Origin: Patescibacteria group bacterium | GTDB lineage: Bacteria > Patescibacteriota > Minisyncoccia > UBA6257 > HR35 | Length of the DNA stretch: 46,002 nt | Direction of reading: 5' to 3' | Assembly: GCA_025060085.1 (NCBI GenBank) | Contig: JANXCM010000001.1 | Span: forward strand, 1-46,002 | Shown here: piece by piece, positions 9,173 through 19,275 of the stretch | Layout: each line of letters begins with the position of its first letter | Position numbering within the stretch: the stretch's first letter is position 1 | Made by a program: the position numbers and the translations under genes | Notes under the pieces: generated by a model | Told to the model about the DNA's origin: nothing | Seen by the model: the letters and a program-made list of their open reading frames with translations, nothing else | Database searches by the model: none

Positions 9173-10324
9173 ATGATCTATCTTGATTATGCTTCTACAA
9201 CACCATTAGATAAGGAGGTTTTGAGGGAAATGAAAAAATACTTTATTGAATATTTTGGTAACCCATCAAGCTTGCATAGTTTTGGGCAAAAAGCATTAAT
9301 GGCTGTTGATCAATCACGTGAATTAATTAAAAATTTAATTCAAGTAGATCATTTTAATGAAATAATTTTTACTTCATCAGCAACAGAAAGTAATAATTTA
9401 GCTATTAAGGGTTTAGCTTATTTATATTATTTTAGATTAAAGATTAAACCTCATTTTTTAACCACCGAAATTGATCATCCCTCAATTCTTGAGCCATTGA
9501 AAGATTTAAAAAATTTAAATTTAATAGATTATGACTTTTTACCTTTTGATGATAATGGTATTATTCAATTTAATAAATTAGAAAATTTAATTAAAGAAAA
9601 TACAGTTTTAATTACTACTCATTATGTAAATAGTGAAATAGGTATTATCCAGCCAATCGGAGAGATTTCAAAGAAATTAAAAAATATTAATCAAAAAAGA
9701 GAAATAAAAATTCTTTTCCATCTAGATGCCAGTCAAGCGCCTCTTACTGAAGATATTTCTGTTAAAAATTTAGGTGTTGACTTAATGACTTTATCTGGCC
9801 ATAAAATTTATGGACCCAAGGGAATTGCTTGTTTATATAAAAAAAACAGCGTAGTTTTAGAAAGGCTTATTTCTGGTTCTGAACAAGAATTTGGTTTAAG
9901 GAGCAGTACAGAGAATGTACCTTCGATTGTTGGATTTGTCAAAGCATTGGAAATAGCGATAGAAAACAGAAAAAATTTTAGAGATCATGTGGAAAAAATC
10001 AAAAAATATTTTATTGAACAGCTTAAAAACAATAATGTAGATTTTCTTATTAATGGTAATCTCAAATTTTCTTCTCCTAAGATTTTAAATATTTACTTTC
10101 CTCAGAAAACTTCTCAACAACTTTTGATTTATTTAGATCAAAATAAAATATTTGTTTCTAGTGGTATGGCATGTAAATCAAGAACAGAAATACCTAATGA
10201 AGTAGTGTCAAAAATATGGCCAGAAAGAGCTAAAAATAGTATTAGATTATCTTTTGGTAAGGAAACAAAGAAAAAAGATATTGATAAATTTGTTGAATTA
10301 ATTAAGAATTTTTTTAAAAAATAA
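9173..10324 (+). CDS. cysteine desulfurase (NifS/IscS class V aminotransferase)
   Basis: 383 aa with LDYASTTP at the N-terminus, the PLP-lysine block LSGHKIYGPKG and the active-site loop VSSGMACKS. Confidence 0.85.
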   Translation: MIYLDYASTTPLDKEVLREMKKYFIEYFGNPSSLHSFGQKALMAVDQSRELIKNLIQVDHFNEIIFTSSATESNNLAIKGLAYLYYFRLKIKPHFLTTEIDHPSILEPLKDLKNLNLIDYDFLPFDDNGIIQFNKLENLIKENTVLITTHYVNSEIGIIQPIGEISKKLKNINQKREIKILFHLDASQAPLTEDISVKNLGVDLMTLSGHKIYGPKGIACLYKKNSVVLERLISGSEQEFGLRSSTENVPSIVGFVKALEIAIENRKNFRDHVEKIKKYFIEQLKNNNVDFLINGNLKFSSPKILNIYFPQKTSQQLLIYLDQNKIFVSSGMACKSRTEIPNEVVSKIWPERAKNSIRLSFGKETKKKDIDKFVELIKNFFKK

Positions 10325-10387
10325 ATATTTTAATTTTGAATTTTATTTAAAAATATTTTAAAATAATATTAAATGTTTTAATTGAAA

Positions 10388-11809
10388 ATGATAAAAAATA
10401 ATAAAACAAATTTAACATTAAATATTTTTTTCTTAGCTTTAATTTTGATTGTATTTTTTTATATTTTATTTTATTCTTATAAATATAGTTTAAGCCAAAG
10501 AACACCAACATCTGATCCAATTGGAACAGAAAAAATTTCCTTAGAAATTTTTACTGAGGCAAATTATAGAAACTTAGGAGATTTAATTAGAGTTGGAATA
10601 GAGACAATAAATACCACTACTATATTTTCTAAATTCTACAATGTTTCTCCCCTGGTGACTATTCTAGATAAATCATTTTATAAATTAACTATTCCAGCAA
10701 CAACTAATATTAATTTAACTTTCGAAAGAATATATCCCGAACCCCTAATGAGTACAAAAATTGAAAATCAAAATTGTTACCAATTAGCTGGTAGGGTAGA
10801 AGGTAGAAATTGTGTTATAGTAGGAATGATAAATAGTCCATCATATTTAGGCCGAGATAAATATGAATTATGGAAAATATCTGCTATGGCGGGAGGCTTT
10901 AATCAAATAAACTTGGGGCAAATATATTTTTATGTTGTTTCTAGTACGCGATCTTTAAATAGACCTAACCACTCAGATCAATCATATTATTTAATTCCAA
11001 TTTCTACTTCGGTTACTTTAACTAATACTTATCCTATAAATTCTATTACCTATAATATTTATTCTCATAAACATTATTGCCCAATTATAGCTTTATTAGA
11101 AACTGAAGCTAACATTAACCCTTCACCCTCAAGTGGAGATTTTACAACTCAAAATTTATCATTTAATCCTATGCAAGTTTTTAATAATGCAAATATTATT
11201 TTTATTTCTCGCAACTTAGAAGTGAATAGAGTACCATCTGGAATATATACTCTAAAATTAGTCAAAAAAAATGATCATAATACAGTTTTATCTAACTTGG
11301 TAACAATAAATGTTAACAATAATATTACTCCTCCAACTTTAAGTCTTTTATGTCAAGCTAATCCAACATCTGGTTTAAGAATTGGTAGTAGCACTACTTA
11401 TATCTTAACAGCTAGCACTACTAATCAAAATCTAGAAAATACCATTTTTACATTAGTAATATCAACAAGTGGCGGAGAATACCTAAGAATTAGTAGTAGC
11501 TCAATCTTTAATTCACCTATAGGAGAATTTTCTACTTCAGTAATCTGGACAGCTAGTGGTACTTATTATGCTACAGCGACAGTAAGAGCTTTAGCTACAT
11601 CGACTCAAGCTTCTTGTCAAAGTGTTAATGTGGAAGCTTGCCAATGTCTATACAGATTAGAAGGTGTAGGGTTTGGAGCACAAATAAGGTGTCAAAGAAG
11701 TGATGGTAGTTGGGAAAACTGGCGACCTTATAGTGGACATATACCTCAAAATTGTAATTGTGAAAATCCTGATGTGAGACGTATTTATGGTGATTTGTGT
11801 CGTGGTTAA
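10388..11809 (+). CDS. hypothetical membrane-anchored/secreted protein with Cys-rich C-terminus
   Basis: The long ORF opens at TTG 10382; the first ATG is at 10388. It has an N-terminal TM helix (LNIFFLALILIVFFYILFY). Eight Cys residues fall in the last ~65 aa. No family is recognisable. Confidence 0.5.
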   Translation: MIKNNKTNLTLNIFFLALILIVFFYILFYSYKYSLSQRTPTSDPIGTEKISLEIFTEANYRNLGDLIRVGIETINTTTIFSKFYNVSPLVTILDKSFYKLTIPATTNINLTFERIYPEPLMSTKIENQNCYQLAGRVEGRNCVIVGMINSPSYLGRDKYELWKISAMAGGFNQINLGQIYFYVVSSTRSLNRPNHSDQSYYLIPISTSVTLTNTYPINSITYNIYSHKHYCPIIALLETEANINPSPSSGDFTTQNLSFNPMQVFNNANIIFISRNLEVNRVPSGIYTLKLVKKNDHNTVLSNLVTINVNNNITPPTLSLLCQANPTSGLRIGSSTTYILTASTTNQNLENTIFTLVISTSGGEYLRISSSSIFNSPIGEFSTSVIWTASGTYYATATVRALATSTQASCQSVNVEACQCLYRLEGVGFGAQIRCQRSDGSWENWRPYSGHIPQNCNCENPDVRRIYGDLCRG

Positions 11810-11881
11810 TTATTATTTTTTTGAAAAAACTCTTAATTATTGAATTACTTACCTTTTATATTTTTCATATCAAATTTTTCA

Positions 11882-12913
11882 ATGATTATTTTGGGGATAG
11901 AAACTACCTGTGATGAAACAGGTTTGGCCTTAATTGAATTTAAAAATAAAAAATTCAGAATTTTAAATCATAAACTTCGAAGCCAATATTTAGTTCATGC
12001 TCCTTACGGAGGAATTGTTCCTATCTTAACTGCTCGTGAGCATCGTAAAAATTTACCTATTCTTTATAGAGATCTAATTCATGAAATTAATTTTGATGAA
12101 AAGAAAATTGATTATTTAGCTTTTGCTATTGGCCCCGGTTTGCCACCAGCTTTATTAGCAGGCAAAGATTTTGTTTTTAGATTAGCTATTAAGTTAAAAA
12201 AGAAAATAATACCCGTCAATCATTTAATAGCCCATTTTTATTCTGTTTTAATTAAAAAAGACTATTTTAGTCTTTGGCAAGAATTAAGAAAAATAGATTT
12301 TCCTGCTCTAGGCCTTTTAATTTCTGGAGGTCATACAATTTTGGTTTATTTCGAATCGTTAGAAAAATATAAGAAAATTGGCGAAACAATTGATGATGCT
12401 ATTGGTGAAAGTTTAGATAAATCAGCTCGGATTTTAAATTTAGAATATCCAGGTGGTCCTAAATTAGAAAAATTAGCGAAGAAAGGTAAACCAATTTTTA
12501 ATTTGCCTTACCCTTTAATGCTAACTAATAATTTTAATTTCAGTTTTTCTGGCCTGAAAACAGCTTTTTGGGAATTAGTTGAAGATATCAAAAGATATAA
12601 TAAACTTGATGAATCAACTAAAGCCGATTTAGCAGCTTCCTATCAAAAAACCGCCTTTGAAATTTTACTTATTAAGACTAAAAAAGCTTATGAAAAATTT
12701 AAACCTCAATCGATCATTATTAGTGGTGGTGTAGCTTCTAATCAATTCTTAAGAAATCTTTTTAAAAAGTATTTTAGTAATCAAAAAATTATTTTCCCTC
12801 AAAAATCATTAGCTACTGATAATGGGATTAAAATAGCTTTTTGTGGTTATTTTTTTTTAGAAAAAGCTTTAGAGGCTAGAAATTTAGATATTAATTCTAA
12901 TCTAAAAATATAA
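11882..12913 (+). CDS. tsaD: tRNA N6-adenosine threonylcarbamoyltransferase TsaD (Kae1/Gcp family)
   Basis: Blocks ILGIETTCDET, SGGHT, DDAIGESLDKSARIL, PGGP, FSFSGLKTA and SGGVASN. The ORF is open from TTG 11840, but the family N-terminus matches ATG 11882 (MIILGIETTCDET). Confidence 0.85.
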   Translation: MIILGIETTCDETGLALIEFKNKKFRILNHKLRSQYLVHAPYGGIVPILTAREHRKNLPILYRDLIHEINFDEKKIDYLAFAIGPGLPPALLAGKDFVFRLAIKLKKKIIPVNHLIAHFYSVLIKKDYFSLWQELRKIDFPALGLLISGGHTILVYFESLEKYKKIGETIDDAIGESLDKSARILNLEYPGGPKLEKLAKKGKPIFNLPYPLMLTNNFNFSFSGLKTAFWELVEDIKRYNKLDESTKADLAASYQKTAFEILLIKTKKAYEKFKPQSIIISGGVASNQFLRNLFKKYFSNQKIIFPQKSLATDNGIKIAFCGYFFLEKALEARNLDINSNLKI

Positions 12914-12961
12914 TCTCTATTTTTAATCCCAAGGGAAATTCTTGTATGTTATAATTTTGAA

Positions 12962-13936
12962 ATGCAAAAAGAAATTTTTAAAAATATCTACTTTTGGTTA
13001 ATTCCAGCCTTTCTAATTTTAATTTGGTATCTTAAAGATATTTTTTTTATTCTCTTTTTTTCTATTGTTTTAGGAATCGCTATTCAAGAATGGGCAATTG
13101 CTATTAAAAAATATTTGAAAATACCTTTTTTTGTAAATATTACTTTGATTTATTTACTTTTTATTTTTATTTTAATATTTTCAATATATGTTTTATTACC
13201 GGTAATTATAAAAGAAGTCAAAAATATTTATCCTCAGGTTCAGGAGATTTTAGAAAGTTACGGTATTAAGAATATTAATAATTATTTTTCTAATTTTTTA
13301 AAAACTACCCCGGAAACCTTGTTCAATTTTTCTTCTTATTTTTTTAATATTTTGGGAGGAATATTCAATTTTATTTTAATTATCATTCTTTCCTTTTATG
13401 TTTCTACTCAAACTAATTTTTTCCCTGATATTTTTAAATTTTTATTTGGTGAAAAACATAAATTTTACATTAATTTGTATTTTAGAATTAAGAAAAAATT
13501 TGCTTTCTGGTTAGCTTCCCAAATTTTTTTGATGATTTTTATTGGTTCTTTAACTTATCTTTTTATGACAATTTTAAAAATTCCTTATGCCAGCTTAATT
13601 GCTTTAATTGCCGGTTTAACAGAAGTTATTCCTATTTTAGGTCCGATCATTTCTGCTTCAATAGCAATTTTAATTACTTTTTCTAATCATCCTGATAAAA
13701 TTTTATGGTTATTAGGTAGTTTTATTTTAATTCAACAAATAGAAAATAATTTAATTATTCCTTTAATAGCAAAAAAAGTTTTTGAAATCAAACCATTGAT
13801 TACTTTAGCTTCAATTTTGATCGGAGCTAAATTAGGTGGTATTTTGGGTGTTTTAACTGTTTTACCCTTTTCAGTTATTTTAATTGAGATTTATCAAGAA
13901 TTTTTTAAAATTGATAATAAAAATGAAAGAGTTTAA
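12962..13936 (+). CDS. AI-2E family transporter (PerM/UPF0118)
   Basis: 324-aa polytopic membrane protein with the characteristic LIAGLTEVIPILGPIISA ... IENNLIIPLI blocks. Confidence 0.7.
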   Translation: MQKEIFKNIYFWLIPAFLILIWYLKDIFFILFFSIVLGIAIQEWAIAIKKYLKIPFFVNITLIYLLFIFILIFSIYVLLPVIIKEVKNIYPQVQEILESYGIKNINNYFSNFLKTTPETLFNFSSYFFNILGGIFNFILIIILSFYVSTQTNFFPDIFKFLFGEKHKFYINLYFRIKKKFAFWLASQIFLMIFIGSLTYLFMTILKIPYASLIALIAGLTEVIPILGPIISASIAILITFSNHPDKILWLLGSFILIQQIENNLIIPLIAKKVFEIKPLITLASILIGAKLGGILGVLTVLPFSVILIEIYQEFFKIDNKNERV

Positions 13937-14393
13937 AACAGCTAAAGGAGAGAGTATTTCTAAAAAAGAGATAATAAATTTAATTAAAAATTTTATTTTG
14001 GAAAAACCGGAATATAATTACAAACTTTTTATTGGGACAGATTCAGAAACACGCGGTAATTTAGTCGAATTTATTTCGGTAATTGTTATTCATCGTGTTG
14101 GTTATGGAGCTCGTTATTTTTGGAAAAAAATTATTTCGAAAAACAATCTTGATATTTATAGTCGTCTTTGGCAAGAGGCTATTTTAAGTTTAAATTTAAG
14201 CCAAAAAATTTTTAAATTTTTAATAGGAGAACAATTAAAATTCGATTTTGAAGTTCATTTAGATTTAGGAACCAATGGAAAAAGTAGAAGTGTTATTAAA
14301 GAATTAATTAATCTGATAAAAAGTTATGGTTTTGAAGTAAAAATTAAACCTCAATCTTATGCTGCTAGTAAAATCGCTGATCATCTTCTTTAA
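13923..14393 (+). CDS. YkuK-like (DUF458, RNase H-like fold) protein
   Basis: Blocks FIGTDSE ... VIVIHRVGYGARYFW have the YkuK-type layout. The ATG at 13923 avoids overlap with the upstream transporter. The stop abuts the EndoQ-like start. Confidence 0.45.
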   Translation: MKEFKTAKGESISKKEIINLIKNFILEKPEYNYKLFIGTDSETRGNLVEFISVIVIHRVGYGARYFWKKIISKNNLDIYSRLWQEAILSLNLSQKIFKFLIGEQLKFDFEVHLDLGTNGKSRSVIKELINLIKSYGFEVKIKPQSYAASKIADHLL

Positions 14394-15647
14394 ATGAGAA
14401 TTATCGCTGATCTTCACTTACATTCAAAATACTCTCGAGGATGTTCTAAAAATTTAGATGTAGAAAATTTAAATTATTGGGGTAAATGGAAAGGGTTGAA
14501 TTTAATTGCTACAGGTGATTATACTCATCCTCTTTGGTTTCAAGAACTTAAATCAAAACTAATTGAATATGATGAAGGTATTTTTAAATTAAAATCAGGC
14601 AACGATGAGTCTTATTTCATTTTGAGTTGTGAATTGAGTTCTATTTATAATAAAAAGGGAAAAATAAGAAGAATTCATTATTTAATTTTTTTTCCTGATT
14701 TTGATTCAGTAGAGCGATTTAATCAAAGAATTTCTGGTTTAAGTAATTTGAGAAGTGATGGACGACCAATTTTAGGTTTGGATGTTAATGATGTTTTAAA
14801 AATTTCTTTAGAAATAAATGAAAAAGTGATTTTTATTCCGGCTCATATTTGGACACCTTGGTTTTCTCTTTATGGATCAATGTCAGGTTTCGACTCACTT
14901 TTTGAAGCTTTTGAGGAAAATATTAAATATTTAGGTGGGGTAGAAACTGGTTTATCTTCTGATCCGCAAATGAATTGGCGAATCTCAGAGCTTGATAATT
15001 TACCTATAGTCTCTTTTTCTGATGCTCATTCACCCTATCCTCATAGAATCGGTAGAGAGGCTACTGTTTTTGAATTAGAAAAATTTAATTTTAATTCTTT
15101 ATATAAAGCCCTTAAAAATCCTAATGAAAAAAATAAAATTGTGATGACTATTGAATTTTTCCCTGAAGAAGGGAAATATCATTATGATGGTCATCGCTTG
15201 TGTCAAATAAAATGTTCGCCAGAAGAATCAAAAAAAATGAATTATATTTGTCCTATCTGTCAAAAAAAATTAACTATTGGTGTTTTAAGTCGAGTAGAAG
15301 AATTAGCCGATCGTCCTTCTGATTATTTTGATTCCAAAAGACCACCCTTTAAAAGGACAATACCCCTAACTGAAATTTTAGGAGAAATTTATCAAACTCA
15401 ACCAACAACTAAAAAAGTTTTGGATGTTTATTTTAAGATATTAGAAGATTTTAAATCAGAAATTGACATTCTAATTGGTAATTATGATCAAAAAAAAATG
15501 GAGGAAAAATATCCGACAGTTTTTTTGGCTTTAAAAAGAATAGAAGATAATAAAATCATTCTTTATCCGGGATATGATGGTGAATATGGTAAAATAAAAA
15601 TTTTTGAGGAGGAAAAAGTTAAAAACGCTAATAAAACTCTTTTTTAA
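14394..15647 (+). CDS. endonuclease Q-like protein (PHP domain + zinc finger)
   Basis: 417 aa with the N-terminal PHP motif IADLHLHSKYSRGCS, then NLIATGDYTHPLWFQEL, HIWTPW and FSDAHSP. The zinc finger is CQIKC...CPICQKKLTIGVLSRVEELADR, as in archaeal/Bacillus EndoQ. Confidence 0.7.
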   Translation: MRIIADLHLHSKYSRGCSKNLDVENLNYWGKWKGLNLIATGDYTHPLWFQELKSKLIEYDEGIFKLKSGNDESYFILSCELSSIYNKKGKIRRIHYLIFFPDFDSVERFNQRISGLSNLRSDGRPILGLDVNDVLKISLEINEKVIFIPAHIWTPWFSLYGSMSGFDSLFEAFEENIKYLGGVETGLSSDPQMNWRISELDNLPIVSFSDAHSPYPHRIGREATVFELEKFNFNSLYKALKNPNEKNKIVMTIEFFPEEGKYHYDGHRLCQIKCSPEESKKMNYICPICQKKLTIGVLSRVEELADRPSDYFDSKRPPFKRTIPLTEILGEIYQTQPTTKKVLDVYFKILEDFKSEIDILIGNYDQKKMEEKYPTVFLALKRIEDNKIILYPGYDGEYGKIKIFEEEKVKNANKTLF

Positions 15648-15672
15648 ATTTATTTTTTTAAAATATTTTAAA

Positions 15673-15975
15673 ATGATTCTATTTTTATCTTTAATTATTG
15701 AAATTTCCCAGCCTATTTATAAATTTTTAAAATATTATTTTTTTGAGGTACCTTTGTTAATTTTTAATTTTTTTAAAAATATCAGTTGGATAATTGAGTC
15801 TAAATTTCCTCTTTTGGTAAATTTAGATAAGCATTTTTCTTTAAATAAAGTTGGTCCTATTTTATTAGTTAGTCTGATTAGTTTTCTTCTTCACAGCCTA
15901 AATTTTTTTATTTTTTTCATTATTCTCATTTTTTGGTATAGCTTTCCATTTATTTTTAATTTGGTAGTTTTTTAA
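15673..15975 (+). CDS. hypothetical small membrane protein
   Basis: Hydrophobic ORF. The internal ATG at 15673 avoids overlap with the upstream gene. There is no family signal. Confidence 0.3.
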   Translation: MILFLSLIIEISQPIYKFLKYYFFEVPLLIFNFFKNISWIIESKFPLLVNLDKHFSLNKVGPILLVSLISFLLHSLNFFIFFIILIFWYSFPFIFNLVVF

Positions 15976-18263
15976 TGAATAATTTTATTTATATTTTAAA
16001 ATTAAGCCAAAATCAAAAAAAAATTTTTAAAATTTTAGCACCCACAATCAAATATTTAATAATTTTTATTAGTTTAGGTTTATTTTTTTCGGGCAAGAAA
16101 TATTTATCGTTAATAGGTTTTTGGCTTTTTTATATTTTTCTTATTGATCTTCTTCTTTTGAAATACTTCGCGCCTCGAAATTTATTATTCGAAAATAATT
16201 ATTTACCAGAAGATTATTTAGATAACACATTGAAATTTATAATTTTAAATTCATTATTAGAAATTAAACATTTAGATAAACTTGATTTATCTTTAATCAA
16301 ACACCTTTTAGGGTTAAAAGAAATTAAAGAAATTTTTTTAAATTTAGATATCAATCCTCAAGAAATTAAAAGGGAGCTAAATGAACTTTTGGAAGAAATT
16401 GATAATAATAAAAAAATAGATTTCAAATACAATAATTTCCAAATCATTTTAAAAAATCTTAAACCTATTTTAATCAATTCTCTTAAATTAGCAAAAAATT
16501 TTAATTTTATGAAAATTAATTCTAGTATTTTTTTTATTTCTATTTTAGAAAGAAATAATCCTTTGATAGAAATTTTGATGAATAGATTTAAGATTTCTTT
16601 TCTAGATATTTATACAGCTTTCTTATTTGTTTTTTTTAAAAAGAGAGAAGAAGTGAAAAAAATAGATTTTTCTTTATTACCTTGGTTTTATTATCCTGAT
16701 TATTATTTGATAAATAATAAAAAAGAACATAGTTTAAATTTATTAGTCTATCAGAAAAGAATTGGCTGGTTAATTGGTTATCAAAAAGAAAAAGAACAAA
16801 TTTTAAAGCAAAATTTTCCCTTGAGGTTGATTTTAATCGGACCAAAAGGAATAGGAAAAAAAACTCTTATTGCCCATTTAGCTTATTTAATAGAAAAAAG
16901 AGAAATAGCTGGTTTTTATTCTCAAAAAAAAATATTCCAAATTAATTTAGATCAAATGACTTCTGAAGATGAATTGAAAAATATTTTCTGGAAAATAATT
17001 AATACTAATTCGATCGTTTTCTTGCCCGATATTCAAAAAAATTTTAAATATTTCCCTCTAATCGAATATTTTTTAAAGATAACACCTTTAAATATCATTA
17101 TTTCTCTTGATGATCAATCTTTTAAATTAAACTTAAAAATTTATAATTTAGAAAAAAAATTTAAAATTCTAAAATTAGGTCGATTGTCAGAAATGGAAGT
17201 TTTAACTATTATTTTTTCAGAATTAAAGAATAATTACCTTCACCCTCGAGCTTTAACTAGATTAGTGGAATTAGTTAGAGATTATTTTGGGAGAAAAGAA
17301 AATTTATTATTAAAATCAAGGGAAGTATTAAATTACAGTTTTATTTTTCTTAAAAAGAATAATTTAAAAATTTTGACTGAGGAAATTATTGGTGATGCTT
17401 TTTCTCAATATATTGAAAAAAATGATAAACTCAAAAAATTTTATTCAAAGCGAGATTTTTTAATTAAAAAATCATTTCAAGATATTCATCAGAATTTTGT
17501 TAATCAAAATTTAGCTCTCAAAACAATTTTAAATAATTTTTATAAAAAAAACAAAATTAAATGTTTTTTATTTTTAGGATCCCCAGGAGTCGGTAAAAAA
17601 ACATTGGCGAAGATATTAGCTCAAACTTATTTTGATAACAATTTTTCTTATTTCAATTTAGAAAATCTAATTATCTCAGGAGAAATAGATTATTTTAAAA
17701 GTAAGATTATATCTTTTTTAAGTCAAAATCAAAAACAACTTATTTTAATTGATAAAGTTGAAAAAGCTACACCTGATTTAATTTTATTTTTAATCTCTCT
17801 TTTTTCTGAAAATAAAATTGAAAATAATTATGGAAATAGAATAGGTTTAAATAATAATTTTTTTATTTTTGTTACCACTCTATTTTCTGAATTTATTGAC
17901 AGCCAAATTTTAGAAGGAAAAAAATGGCAAAATGTTAAAATTTCAATTAAAAATAAATTACTAACAGTTTGGCCTAAAAATTTTGTTAATTCTTTTTCAG
18001 ATATTATTATTTTTCGAAATTTGAATCAAAGAGAAAAAGAAAAAGCTTTAGATATTTTAATCCGTGAGATAAATTTTAAAATTGCCCCAAAAGATAATTT
18101 TCAAATTAAAATTTCTCATGAGCTAAAAAAATATCTTACTAGTTTAAATCTAGAAGAGGTAAAATTTTTAATTTTTGATCGGATTATTCCTCAAGCTCAA
18201 AAAATAAAAAAAGATATTCTTCTGGATTATCATAACAATGAAATTGTTTTTCTTTATCAATGA
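15975..18263 (+). CDS. membrane-anchored Clp/Hsp100-like double AAA+ protein with degenerate nucleotide motifs
   Basis: 762 aa with N-terminal TM helices. The two P-loops read GPKGIGKKTL and GSPGVGKKTLA. The D2-like block LILIDKVEKATPDL...FFIFVTT resembles ClpA/B D2 (DEIEKAHPD), but with Lys in place of the Walker B Glu. Confidence 0.5.
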   Translation: MNNFIYILKLSQNQKKIFKILAPTIKYLIIFISLGLFFSGKKYLSLIGFWLFYIFLIDLLLLKYFAPRNLLFENNYLPEDYLDNTLKFIILNSLLEIKHLDKLDLSLIKHLLGLKEIKEIFLNLDINPQEIKRELNELLEEIDNNKKIDFKYNNFQIILKNLKPILINSLKLAKNFNFMKINSSIFFISILERNNPLIEILMNRFKISFLDIYTAFLFVFFKKREEVKKIDFSLLPWFYYPDYYLINNKKEHSLNLLVYQKRIGWLIGYQKEKEQILKQNFPLRLILIGPKGIGKKTLIAHLAYLIEKREIAGFYSQKKIFQINLDQMTSEDELKNIFWKIINTNSIVFLPDIQKNFKYFPLIEYFLKITPLNIIISLDDQSFKLNLKIYNLEKKFKILKLGRLSEMEVLTIIFSELKNNYLHPRALTRLVELVRDYFGRKENLLLKSREVLNYSFIFLKKNNLKILTEEIIGDAFSQYIEKNDKLKKFYSKRDFLIKKSFQDIHQNFVNQNLALKTILNNFYKKNKIKCFLFLGSPGVGKKTLAKILAQTYFDNNFSYFNLENLIISGEIDYFKSKIISFLSQNQKQLILIDKVEKATPDLILFLISLFSENKIENNYGNRIGLNNNFFIFVTTLFSEFIDSQILEGKKWQNVKISIKNKLLTVWPKNFVNSFSDIIIFRNLNQREKEKALDILIREINFKIAPKDNFQIKISHELKKYLTSLNLEEVKFLIFDRIIPQAQKIKKDILLDYHNNEIVFLYQ

Positions 18264-19174
18264 AAACCTTTTTGTCTTTACTGCTTTCAATTTTTTCACT
18301 GATTTTTTTTATCTATCTATTTGAAACTTTTACTTTATCGAAAAAAATAGAATTTATCAGGAAGGAAATACCCCAATTATTTAAATTAGAAAAATCAGAA
18401 GCTGTATTGATTTTAGGTAAAATGGGTTATGGCTATTATGGAGGAGAAAATACTGATGCTATTTTTGTTGTCTATTTAAAAAATAATCGAGGGTATATCA
18501 TTCATATTCCTAGAGATTTAATTGTAATGGTTGATAATAATGAAACTTATAAAATTAATACTCTTTATAGCTTAAAAAAAATAGATAAAATTTTATTCGA
18601 AGTTTCTTCTTTAACCGGGATAAAAATAACTAAATATTTTGTTTTTGATAATTATTTACTAAAAAAAGTTGTTGATGCTCTTGGTGGTCTTGATGTTGAT
18701 CTTAAATACCCAGTTTCCGATGCTTTGAGTGGTTATACATTGCCACCGGGAAGAAAAAAATTAAGTGGCGAATGGGTTGAATTTGTTGTTCGTTCTCGTC
18801 ATTATCCTCAAGGTGATTTTACTCGAATGAAAAATCAGTTTATAATTATCAATTCTCTTAAAGAGAAGATCAATAGTATTTCTTTAAATGAATTTTTAAG
18901 ATTATCTAACTTAATTTTTCAGTCTAAAAATCATTTTGAAACCAATTTAGATTATTCAGAAATTTTTAAATTAGTTAGTAAATTTAAAAAAATTATCTTG
19001 AAAGATATTATTATTGATTTAAATTCAGGATTATGGAGAGATGATTATTTCCAAGTTAAACTTAATAATCATTCTGATTATTTTTATGTTTATGGTTTAA
19101 TTCCTAAAGATGGTATTGGAAAATACGAAAATATTAGAAAAAAAATTAAAGAAGAGATTACCAAGGGGTATTAG
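18260..19174 (+). CDS. LytR-CpsA-Psr (LCP) family protein
   Basis: Has an N-terminal TM helix, the block DAIFVVYL...IIHIPRDLIV...YKINTLY, and LGGLDVDL. Confidence 0.7.
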   Translation: MKTFLSLLLSIFSLIFFIYLFETFTLSKKIEFIRKEIPQLFKLEKSEAVLILGKMGYGYYGGENTDAIFVVYLKNNRGYIIHIPRDLIVMVDNNETYKINTLYSLKKIDKILFEVSSLTGIKITKYFVFDNYLLKKVVDALGGLDVDLKYPVSDALSGYTLPPGRKKLSGEWVEFVVRSRHYPQGDFTRMKNQFIIINSLKEKINSISLNEFLRLSNLIFQSKNHFETNLDYSEIFKLVSKFKKIILKDIIIDLNSGLWRDDYFQVKLNNHSDYFYVYGLIPKDGIGKYENIRKKIKEEITKGY

Positions 19175-19275
19175 AAAATATTTTAGAAGAATTAAAAACT
19201 TAATGCGCCGAAATCTACATTCTGAAAAAGAAATTTATGATAAAATTAGTGAGATTTTAAAAAAATATAAAAAAT

